Assembly (NCBI RefSeq): GCF_003231495.1
Contig: NZ_PQWO01000050.1
Span: forward strand, 1-8,470
Source of the DNA: Acaryochloris thomasi RCC1774
GTDB taxonomy: Bacteria; Cyanobacteriota; Cyanobacteriia; Thermosynechococcales; Thermosynechococcaceae
DNA length: 8,470 bases
Direction: 5' to 3'
Part shown: in pieces, positions 1-5,227 of the stretch
Layout: each line of letters begins with the position of its first letter
Position numbering within the stretch: the stretch's first letter is position 1
The notes under the pieces: model-generated
Databases searched by the model: none
Seen by the model: the letters and a program-made list of their open reading frames with translations, nothing else
What the model was told of the DNA's origin: nothing
Program-made: the position numbers and the translations under genes

Positions 1-77
1 CTATACATAGAAAGAGATACATCGATTTAGGTGCTCTGAAAAAGGCGAAAAATAACGCCTGAAACCTATGCTGTCAA

Positions 78-110
78 AGCGCTGCAGCCTTAGCGTTGTT
101 TTCTGTTCCG
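78..110 (+). terminator. Weak hairpin plus T-rich tract; possible intrinsic terminator of a gene lying upstream of the window
   Basis: AGCGCT (78-83) pairs with AGCGTT (92-97). This gives 6 bp including one G-U, with an 8-nt loop, followed by gttttctgtt (98-107). The stem is short, so the call is tentative. Confidence 0.25.
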
Positions 111-211
111 ATGTACCCTAAACACCTGATCCGTCGCTGTACTCTGATGCCGATCTGCAGCATAATCATTGTCAGATTGGACCGAGAGAGGTTGCAGAAG
201 TTCTGCGAAAA

Positions 212-472
212 TTGATATCTGGCGAGAAGAACGCCCAGCTAGTATTTGATACTCCCTTCCAAAGCTGCATATCTGGTGATCTATTTGACTTTACCGTTGA
301 TAATTACAAGATCAGTCTGTTCATAGACGATCCAGGCACATTCGACTACATCGAATCCGTAACCATTGATAACAGGAGAGCTGTCTACGGAAACTGGAAA
401 GTTGCCCCTGAATTTCTATTGAGTGAAGAGGAACAGAAGCAATTTCAGATACTGCTAGAAAGCCTGGAATGA
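212..472 (+). CDS. Small conserved hypothetical protein (86 aa as called); the 5' end is uncertain
   Basis: Track ORF with a TTG start at 212. The frame is open from 122, with no ATG or GTG upstream. The core YKISLFIDDPGTFDYIESV...EFLLSEEEQKQFQILLESLE recalls, from memory, a widespread small uncharacterised family with the pattern x-I/L-x-L-F/Y-x-D..DY.(D/E)S ... LL..E...L..LL. The expected N-terminal helix (REVAEVLRKL) is encoded upstream of 212. Confidence 0.5.
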   Translation: MISGEKNAQLVFDTPFQSCISGDLFDFTVDNYKISLFIDDPGTFDYIESVTIDNRRAVYGNWKVAPEFLLSEEEQKQFQILLESLE

Positions 473-687
473 ACACCTACGCCCAAGAAGCCAGCGATGC
501 GATGGCCCCTGGCCTGCCTTCGGCAATCGCAAGCTGAAGTGAGCGACCACCAGACCTTAACCCAGTAGCGATAGTTGGCGGCATCGCCCAGAGAACCATA
601 GAGGCTGGCTTGTGTGTCGGCATATTCTATAGCGGCTGACAATACGACTTCAAGACCTTCGGAGTGGATGAACTCTTGTGGGTCCAC
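445..687 (-). CDS. Hypothetical protein (80 aa), third gene of the minus-strand operon; the C-terminal third is doubtful
   Basis: The GTG start (687-685) overlaps the TAG stop of the upstream gene by 1 nt (TAGTG). The first ~47 aa look protein-like. The remainder is translated through the 35-nt palindromic element (498-532) and overlaps the convergent gene 212-472 by 28 nt. Confidence 0.35.
   Translation of the reverse strand: MDPQEFIHSEGLEVVLSAAIEYADTQASLYGSLGDAANYRYWVKVWWSLTSACDCRRQARGHRIAGFLGVGVHSRLSSSI
498..532. repeat. 35-nt nested palindromic element, copy A
   Basis: The sequence is TGCGATGGCCCCTGGCCTGCCTTCGGCAATCGCAA. It is identical to 3159-3193 except at one base. The outer arms are GCGAT/ATCGC, and the inner mini-hairpin is GCC-ttc-GGC. 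It lies between convergent genes. Confidence 0.8.
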
Positions 688-896
688 TATCCGCTCTCGC
701 CGTCCTTACTCATCAGATAATCCACAGCCCTCTTGAGTTGCATCGTTTGCTGGGCAATCTGCCCTCTCAGAACATCACCTGCCAACTGTGCTTCAACGAG
801 TCGATCCAAGGTCTCCTGGTGATTGGACTGAACATTTACAAGCCTCTCTAACATCGCCTCTATGCGATCGAGCCTTTCGGGCGTTGCCTGAGTCAT
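687..896 (-). CDS. Small coiled-coil protein (69 aa), hypothetical
   Basis: The ATG overlaps the stop of the upstream RHH gene (ATGA at 893-896), and GAGGGA lies 8 nt upstream. The protein is a heptad-like helical sequence: LDRIEAMLERLVNVQSNHQETLDRLVEAQL. Confidence 0.6.
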   Translation of the reverse strand: MTQATPERLDRIEAMLERLVNVQSNHQETLDRLVEAQLAGDVLRGQIAQQTMQLKRAVDYLMSKDGESG

Positions 897-1090
897 ATCA
901 ATCCCTCACGCTCAGCAGCCTCACAAATCACTCGCCGGAGCCAAGCTGTTCTATTTGGCAGTTTTCTAACTGCTGTGTCTAACCTTTCAGACAACAAAAC
1001 AGACACAGGCTTTTTAGCCAATTTGCCAGTAGTATTATCAGCCCGATCTGGCACTTTCAAGGTTTGGGGATATCCCGCAGGATTCGGCAC
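893..1090 (-). CDS. Ribbon-helix-helix (CopG/Arc-like) DNA-binding protein, 65 aa
   Basis: GTG start at 1090. The C-terminal 45 aa fit the RHH pattern: a beta strand (KPVSVLLSERL), helix 1 (DTAVRKLP) and helix 2 (NRTAWLRRVICEAAEREGL). It is the first gene of the operon and sits next to the palindrome-bearing divergent region. Confidence 0.6.
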   Translation of the reverse strand: MPNPAGYPQTLKVPDRADNTTGKLAKKPVSVLLSERLDTAVRKLPNRTAWLRRVICEAAEREGLI

Positions 1091-1163
1091 GTTATATATC
1101 TCGGTTCAACACCAGAATCCTAGCATAAACAAAAACTGTAAATGAATATTACAAAAACCATTT

Positions 1164-1183
1164 AAGCGATATATATATCGCTT
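1164..1183. promoter_or_regulatory. Perfect 20-bp palindrome; candidate operator in the divergent intergenic region 1091-1285
   Basis: AAGCGATATATATATCGCTT is its own reverse complement. It is centred in the AT-rich 195-nt spacer between the RHH operon (minus strand) and the + strand gene array. A second perfect 12-nt palindrome, TATGTATACATA, lies at 1194-1205. Confidence 0.45.
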
Positions 1184-1285
1184 CAGATGCTATTATGTAT
1201 ACATACAGCAAAGGCACCGCCCAATCCCGCTAAGAAACAAGCGATGCCAATGCACTCCCAAGACTAATCAGGAGCTTTACCAATT

Positions 1286-1561
1286 ATGACTATTTCCCTC
1301 GCCCCTGCAACAGCCAAGCAGTCGCAACTCTTCTCCGTCACTGCCTGCGTCGAGCAGTTCGACCGCGATCACGGTCGCATGGTTCGTGAAGATTACCTCT
1401 TCGCCTGTGAGCGCAAAGGCGGCTACGTTGGCCGCATCAAAGCCTGGGTCGAAGCCAATTGCACCATCGGCGGCGTCAGCCCCAACCTAATCGAACTCTA
1501 CTGCTCTGAGTGGAAGACCGCAGCCGACGACCGTATCGCAGCCCTTGACGACGAATTCTAA
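1286..1561 (+). CDS. Hypothetical protein, 91 aa
   Basis: ATG start, with AGGAG at 1270-1274. It is the first gene of the + strand array. I recognise no motif. Confidence 0.65.
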   Translation: MTISLAPATAKQSQLFSVTACVEQFDRDHGRMVREDYLFACERKGGYVGRIKAWVEANCTIGGVSPNLIELYCSEWKTAADDRIAALDDEF

Positions 1562-1565
1562 ATAT

Positions 1566-1642
1566 CAGGGGGCCACGGTGCCCCCGCCGCCACACTTCAG
1601 AACAACCCCAGCACTACAGAAGGGGACTACCGGAGAATACAC
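1566..1642 (+). repeat. Intergenic module copy 1 (GC hairpin + CTACA-purine box + SD)
   Basis: The hairpin is GGGGGC-cacggt-GCCCCC at 1568-1585. The 25-mer CAGGGGGCCACGGTGCCCCCGCCGC (1566-1590) is identical to 1847-1871. CCCAGCACTACA (1607-1618) is identical to 2731-2742. SD GGAGA lies at 1632-1636 and the GTG at 1643. Confidence 0.85.
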
Positions 1643-1840
1643 GTGATTGATGTCAAAGCCGCTCCCATTCCATGCACCTGGACTGCCTCAGATTCAAACG
1701 ACGACCCTGAGATATTTGCAGTCAGTACCGGCAGCTCACCAGAGCAAGCTATCGCCAACTACTTCGATGCTTGTTTGGAGCTAGACCCGCATTACATGAA
1801 CGATTCGCCAGAGTTCGTTCGATTCCTTCGGAGCTACTAA
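1643..1840 (+). CDS. Small acidic hypothetical protein, 65 aa
   Basis: GTG start 6 nt after GGAGA. By my count it has 11 D/E against 3 K/R. I recognise no motif. Confidence 0.55.
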   Translation: MIDVKAAPIPCTWTASDSNDDPEIFAVSTGSSPEQAIANYFDACLELDPHYMNDSPEFVRFLRSY

Positions 1841-1846
1841 AACAAG

Positions 1847-1916
1847 CAGGGGGCCACGGTGCCCCCGCCGCATCACTTCCGTAAACCCATCGCTACAGGG
1901 AACAGGAGACTTACCA
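1847..1916 (+). repeat. Intergenic module copy 2
   Basis: The hairpin is GGGGGC-cacggt-GCCCCC at 1849-1866. GTAAACCCATCGCTACA (1881-1897) is identical to 2278-2294. SD AGGAGA lies at 1904-1909 and the ATG at 1917. Confidence 0.85.
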
Positions 1917-2252
1917 ATGAAAGCCACGGATTTTATCAACACCCTCTCTCACTCGATTGAAGAGCTTCTAGCTCTGACAAGTGAAGACGATACTGGCTCT
2001 GAACTTGAGCAAAAGCTCTCTGCCAATGGTGACAAGCGCTGGATAGCTCATGGCGCAAAGGGCATTGTTCAAGACTGTCAGCGGGTTATCGATAACCTTT
2101 TGAGCTTCGAGAAGGGCATCAAGCAACCCACACAGTGGGAACAGCAGCACCTCATTCCGCAATGGCAAAGAGCACTCGGGCTATACCTCAGCAAGATGCA
2201 GACAATTGACGAACACTATTGCGCCACTCAACAAAACCAAGGCGAAGCATAG
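1917..2252 (+). CDS. Hypothetical protein, 111 aa
   Basis: ATG start 7 nt after AGGAGA, with a TAG stop at 2250-2252. I recognise no motif. Confidence 0.65.
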   Translation: MKATDFINTLSHSIEELLALTSEDDTGSELEQKLSANGDKRWIAHGAKGIVQDCQRVIDNLLSFEKGIKQPTQWEQQHLIPQWQRALGLYLSKMQTIDEHYCATQQNQGEA

Positions 2253-2313
2253 GCGGGCCATGAGCCACATCTATGCAGTAAACCCATCGCTACAAGGGAC
2301 AGGAGAAATATAC
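2253..2313 (+). repeat. Intergenic module copy 3 (hairpin degenerate)
   Basis: GGCGGGCCATGAGCCAC (2252-2268) aligns to the hairpin of the other copies but has lost the 3' arm. The CTACA box is at 2290-2294, SD AGGAGA at 2301-2306 and the ATG at 2314. Confidence 0.7.
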
Positions 2314-2691
2314 ATGATTACCGCAGAAGCGCTTCAGCAAAACCTCGCGCATTGCACCGGCACCGAGCAATGGCACCAGCATCCACTGGGAATCACTTAC
2401 ACAGACGGCATCAAGATATTAGCCGAGGATGCCCAGTGTCACTGGCTCATTGATGCGATCGCAAGTCACCAGAAGAGCTATCAGATTATATACAACCCTG
2501 ATTTGCAACAGTTTCAGCTCTGGTTGCTGACAGTCAACGAGGACAAAAGCGCAGTTCTGGCCTGCTACGAAGACAGCCCCAGCACTTGTGAACTTGTGAT
2601 CACTCAGCTCATACCGATGACGGATTTCATTTTGCCTGAGATAAAGCTCTACCTGGAGCAAGGAACGCTATTGCTTCCCTCCGAACACTAA
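2314..2691 (+). CDS. DUF6876-like protein, 125 aa (paralogue 1)
   Basis: I re-called the start at ATG 2314, which has an SD 7 nt upstream. The track start, TTG 2206, overlaps the previous gene. The motifs CTGTEQWHQHPLGITYTDG, HWLIDAIASHQ, FQLWLL, SAVLACYED, TDFILPEIKLYL and LLLPSEH match my recollection of the DUF6876 family found on plasmids and phages. Confidence 0.7.
   Translation: MITAEALQQNLAHCTGTEQWHQHPLGITYTDGIKILAEDAQCHWLIDAIASHQKSYQIIYNPDLQQFQLWLLTVNEDKSAVLACYEDSPSTCELVITQLIPMTDFILPEIKLYLEQGTLLLPSEH
2455..2462. repeat. HIP1 octamer GCGATCGC
   Basis: Exact match, read as Ala-Ile-Ala in the called frame. Confidence 0.95.
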
Positions 2692-2695
2692 AGCC

Positions 2696-2764
2696 ATCGG
2701 GGGCCATAGTGCCCCCCAGCAATACCCACGCCCAGCACTACAAGGGCACTACTGAGGATTACCC
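2696..2764 (+). repeat. Intergenic module copy 4
   Basis: The hairpin is GGGGGC-catagt-GCCCCC at 2699-2716. CCCAGCACTACA lies at 2731-2742, SD GAGGA at 2754-2758 and the ATG at 2765. Confidence 0.85.
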
Positions 2765-3139
2765 ATGAAACCAGAAGAACTTGAGCAACGGCTCAGGCAG
2801 TTCTTGCCTAGCCCCACTCGCCATAAACATTTCACTGGGCTTTTATACACCGATGGACTTTTATACATGGTTGAAGAGCTTGAGATGGAGTGGTTAGTTC
2901 TTGCGATCGCAACTCATCAAAAAGGCTCCAGCATCACGGAAAGCAAAGAACTACAGACGTTCCAATGCTGGAAGTTTCACAATGGCAGCACTCCCATCCT
3001 GTTTTGCTACAAGGATAGGCTCAACAAATCCCCAGAGTTTGGCCGTCAAGTCCGCTCTACAGCCTTTCCCCTGCCTGAACTAGAGCTATTCGTGGACAAG
3101 GGAGTGCTCATGCTGCCCTCGGAATACGACGGCTCGTGA
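2765..3139 (+). CDS. DUF6876-like protein, 124 aa (divergent paralogue 2)
   Basis: It aligns by eye to the 2314-2691 product at YTDG, WL..AIA.HQK, LQ.FQ.W, CY.D, P.L.L and G.L.LPSE(H/Y). Identity is roughly 30 percent by eye. Confidence 0.7.
   Translation: MKPEELEQRLRQFLPSPTRHKHFTGLLYTDGLLYMVEELEMEWLVLAIATHQKGSSITESKELQTFQCWKFHNGSTPILFCYKDRLNKSPEFGRQVRSTAFPLPELELFVDKGVLMLPSEYDGS
2903..2910. repeat. HIP1 octamer GCGATCGC
   Basis: Exact match, read as Ala-Ile-Ala in the called frame. Confidence 0.95.
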
Positions 3140-3158
3140 TTATCGCAGCTTTGGCACT

Positions 3159-3193
3159 TGCGATGGCCCTTGGCCTGCCTTCGGCAATCGCAA
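3159..3193. repeat. 35-nt nested palindromic element, copy B
   Basis: The sequence is TGCGATGGCCCTTGGCCTGCCTTCGGCAATCGCAA. It starts 20 nt after the stop of 2765-3139. The outer stem is TTGCGAT/ATCGCAA, and the inner hairpins are GGCC-ctt-GGCC and GCC-ttc-GGC. Confidence 0.8.
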
Positions 3194-3262
3194 CCGTAGG
3201 CATTGCTGCCACTCAACGCCGAAATTTCTATCTATTCCGACCCTACAAAAGGAACCAATGAT

Positions 3263-3469
3263 ATGCAGACTCCTACCTTACCCCCACGACTTCAGACCAA
3301 CCCACAACATGCAATCGCAGTTGCGATCGCAACTCTCATCAACGATTTGCTTTTCGCGGGCCGGATCGATTGGCATACAGCAGTTTACTACTGTCCGCCT
3401 GGAGTCTTTCATCTGCTGGAGTGTTCAGCAAGCCATGCAACAGTCGCAATCAAATCAATGGAGGCTTAA
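3263..3469 (+). CDS. Hypothetical protein, 68 aa
   Basis: ATG at 3263, preceded by AAGGAA and a CTACA-purine box (3243-3247). I chose this frame over the overlapping 3258 frame for two reasons. Its composition is protein-like, and the HIP1 site at 3323 reads Ala-Ile-Ala, as it does in the other genes here. Confidence 0.5.
   Translation: MQTPTLPPRLQTNPQHAIAVAIATLINDLLFAGRIDWHTAVYYCPPGVFHLLECSASHATVAIKSMEA
3323..3330. repeat. HIP1 octamer GCGATCGC
   Basis: Exact match, read as Ala-Ile-Ala in the 3263-3469 frame. Confidence 0.95.
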
Positions 3470-3473
3470 AGCC

Positions 3474-3944
3474 ATGCAAGCACTAGGATTCTGTGACAGC
3501 CCCAGCTTACTAACCCTTTACGCCCACAGGGGCAACGGTACTAAGCGCTGGTTTTCCTTGGTAGACGGGGAGCCAGTAGAAGCCAGAGAAGCAATCGTTT
3601 GCTACATCAAGGCCATCGAATTCCCAGAGGTAGAACGACGCAACAAGGAGTGCAGAAAGCTGCATATCAAGATCAAAGCTCACCGCTCCATACTCATCGA
3701 AAGCGGCTACAACTCCAATTTCTCAAAGGGATTTCTACTTGCGATCGCAAGCCTGACGCCCGAACAACTGAAGCAACAAATCACGATTGAAGCTGATCCA
3801 GGGAAAGAAGAATCTGTACTCTTCTGCAAGATTTGGCTAGCAGGTCAGCGCATCTTCGTGAAAACGGAGAGCGTCCATGACTGGAGGGCCATTGCAGAAA
3901 AAGCGATCGCTAACGTTCGGGCAGCTCAGGGGGTGAGGGCATGA
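3474..3944 (+). CDS. Hypothetical protein, 156 aa
   Basis: I re-called the start at ATG 3474. GGAGG lies at 3460-3464, and the start is 4 nt after the stop of the upstream gene. The track start at 3258 would overlap the whole upstream gene. I recognise no motif. Confidence 0.6.
   Translation: MQALGFCDSPSLLTLYAHRGNGTKRWFSLVDGEPVEAREAIVCYIKAIEFPEVERRNKECRKLHIKIKAHRSILIESGYNSNFSKGFLLAIASLTPEQLKQQITIEADPGKEESVLFCKIWLAGQRIFVKTESVHDWRAIAEKAIANVRAAQGVRA
3741..3748. repeat. HIP1 octamer GCGATCGC
   Basis: Exact match, read as Ala-Ile-Ala in frame. Confidence 0.95.
3903..3910. repeat. HIP1 octamer GCGATCGC
   Basis: Exact match, read as Ala-Ile-Ala in frame. Confidence 0.95.
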
Positions 3945-4453
3945 GTTTCAGTGATACCAGAGTTCAGCGGCATTCGATAGCATTTGTCCAGGTGATCGCA
4001 CCGCTCAAGAAAGATGCGATCGCAATCAATGAATCCTTGCTAGAGCCTGATGCCTACCACCGCGCTACCGCAGAAAGCTGGCGGCAGTATCAGCGGTCGG
4101 CCAGCAGCAGCAGCCCCAGGACGACGGGGGTTGACTGGCGATTGCTCAAGCAAGTCACGGGCTATACCCGCGATGACCTAATCGGCTTTTGCCTCGACGA
4201 GGACTTGCCTACCATTTCAGGGCAGCTCACGCCCCATCAAGCCAGACAACTCAGAGACATTGTGCTTTGCAACTGGGCTGTACTCGAAGGACGATTTACG
4301 GAACATTGGCAGGCCAGGGAAGCGCTGGCAGACATCAGGCGGATGCTGCCGTGGACAGCCGGAGACCAAGAGCTATTCAGGGCGTGGGCTAGCGTTTCCC
4401 AGGGCGCGGCCAAGGGACCAGCAGCAAACTTTTATCTGGAGGATGCAGCGTAA
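3941..4453 (+). CDS. Hypothetical protein, 170 aa; its N-terminal ~55 aa are paralogous to the 4512 ORF
   Basis: ATGA start/stop overlap with the upstream gene, preceded by GTGAGGG. The N-terminal segment AINESLLEPDAYHRATAESWRQY matches ALNENLVQPGAELRACDDAWRYY in the 4512-4739 product. Confidence 0.6.
   Translation: MSFSDTRVQRHSIAFVQVIAPLKKDAIAINESLLEPDAYHRATAESWRQYQRSASSSSPRTTGVDWRLLKQVTGYTRDDLIGFCLDEDLPTISGQLTPHQARQLRDIVLCNWAVLEGRFTEHWQAREALADIRRMLPWTAGDQELFRAWASVSQGAAKGPAANFYLEDAA
4016..4023. repeat. HIP1 octamer GCGATCGC
   Basis: Exact match, read as Ala-Ile-Ala in frame. Confidence 0.95.
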
Positions 4454-4511
4454 ACAGACAGCTCTAAGTCGAAGCTGCAATAGATAACTAGAAAGACCCA
4501 AGGAAAGACAA

Positions 4512-4739
4512 ATGGCACAATTCCGAATCAACGATCAGGTCAAAAAAGCTCCGGTCCCTTTCGATAGCGTACTGGGACAACTTGCAAACAACGCTCAAGC
4601 CCTCAACGAAAACCTAGTGCAGCCAGGAGCTGAGCTTCGAGCCTGTGATGATGCCTGGAGATATTACTCCGCTCACCTGCAGTTCAAAGATATCCCAGTC
4701 AAGATCAGACCGTGTGAGGTATACCATGCAGGCTATTAA
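4512..4739 (+). CDS. Hypothetical protein, 75 aa; a stand-alone copy of the N-terminal module of the 3941 ORF
   Basis: ATG preceded by AAGGAAAG (4500-4507). See the paralogy noted for 3941-4453. Confidence 0.55.
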   Translation: MAQFRINDQVKKAPVPFDSVLGQLANNAQALNENLVQPGAELRACDDAWRYYSAHLQFKDIPVKIRPCEVYHAGY

Positions 4740-5028
4740 GCACAGCCCTGCTACTCATACGCAAGCTGATATCAACCTGGAACTGCTGCCAGAAACTCAA
4801 AGATCGCTAATCTCTAGCTTGCTTGCAAATGCCGCTCAAGCCAAGCCGCAGCAGGCCAATGAATTGCTCTGGAAAGCTGTAAAGGAGATGTCGCGGACTG
4901 CTGTTCTAAGCGCCCTCAGAGGAGAGGAGCAAAGGTTATGTCACAGTATTGAAGAGCTGCGCTCTCAACTCAAAACTCTAGCAGGGAAAGTCAAGAAGCA
5001 TCAAAAACAATCAACTACTGAGAATTAG
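4726..5028 (+). CDS. Hypothetical helical / coiled-coil protein, 100 aa
   Basis: I re-called the start at ATG 4726, with GAGG at 4716-4719. It overlaps the upstream gene by 14 nt. The track start at 4645 would overlap it by 95 nt. Confidence 0.55.
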   Translation: MQAIKHSPATHTQADINLELLPETQRSLISSLLANAAQAKPQQANELLWKAVKEMSRTAVLSALRGEEQRLCHSIEELRSQLKTLAGKVKKHQKQSTTEN

Positions 5029-5029
5029 C

Positions 5030-5215
5030 ATGAGAGCCAAAGTGGTCAGTTATTTATCACTGCAACGTGATCTTATAGGTTTAGCCCTCGGTATGGCATT
5101 GGGTCTTGCTATCGGCATCATGGGAGCGAACGCTTGGCTCAGGGCGCAAAAGCCTCCGTTTGAGTATCGCCCACAGCCTTCAGGGGGGCCGATAACCCTC
5201 AACGTCAAAAACTAG
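5030..5215 (+). CDS. Small single-pass membrane protein, 61 aa
   Basis: The ATG lies 1 nt after the upstream stop (TAGCATG). The hydrophobic segment is LIGLALGMALGLAIGIMGANAWL. Confidence 0.55.
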   Translation: MRAKVVSYLSLQRDLIGLALGMALGLAIGIMGANAWLRAQKPPFEYRPQPSGGPITLNVKN

Positions 5216-5227
5216 CATGGAGCCAAC

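Noticed and set aside
788-982. The + strand 64-aa ORF antisense to the RHH and coiled-coil genes
   Set aside because: It is a shadow ORF opposite two coupled genes with recognisable protein features, it is low-complexity S/L/P-rich, and it has no SD.
2206-2313. The 5' extension of the 161-aa track ORF (TTG 2206, or ATG 2260)
   Set aside because: It overlaps the 3' end of 1917-2252 and is translated through the conserved intergenic module. ATG 2314 has an AGGAGA 7 nt upstream and gives the family-typical N-terminus.
1968-2661. Minus-strand ORFs 1968-2168 and 2419-2661
   Set aside because: They are antisense shadows of well-supported + strand genes, and there is no independent signal.
1566-2716. 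The repeated GC hairpins read as a CRISPR array
   Set aside because: There are only three intact copies of an 18-nt hairpin, spaced 280-850 nt apart. The intervening spacers are protein-coding genes with SDs. The repeat length and spacing are wrong for CRISPR.
1568-2716. The GC hairpins read as Rho-independent terminators
   Set aside because: Each stem is followed by GCCGCC or CAGCAA rather than a U-tract, and the next gene starts 50-60 nt later with its own SD. Read-through or processing is more plausible.
1562-2764. The intergenic modules read as integron attC sites (a gene cassette array)
   Set aside because: The size range (60-80 nt) and the cassette-like layout are suggestive. However, I find no RYYYAAC / GTTRRRY core sites and no end-to-end imperfect palindrome, and no integrase or attI is in view.
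3203-3473. The TTG 3203 extension of the 88-aa ORF, and the ATG 3258 start of the 228-aa ORF
   Set aside because: The 3203-3262 part overlaps the CTACA box and SD. The 3258 frame gives S/Q/R-rich, unprotein-like sequence over 3258-3473 and competes with the better frame, in which HIP1 reads Ala-Ile-Ala. ATG 3474 has GGAGG at ideal spacing.
2901-4487. Alternative-frame + strand ORFs 2901-3083, 3599-3790, 4189-4392 and 4260-4487
   Set aside because: They are fully nested in better-supported genes, and their Arg/Ser/Gln-rich composition is typical of off-frame translation of GC-rich coding DNA.
4645-4725. The 5' extension of the 127-aa ORF
   Set aside because: It would overlap the upstream gene by 95 nt in another frame. 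ATG 4726 has its own GAGG and gives a typical short overlap.
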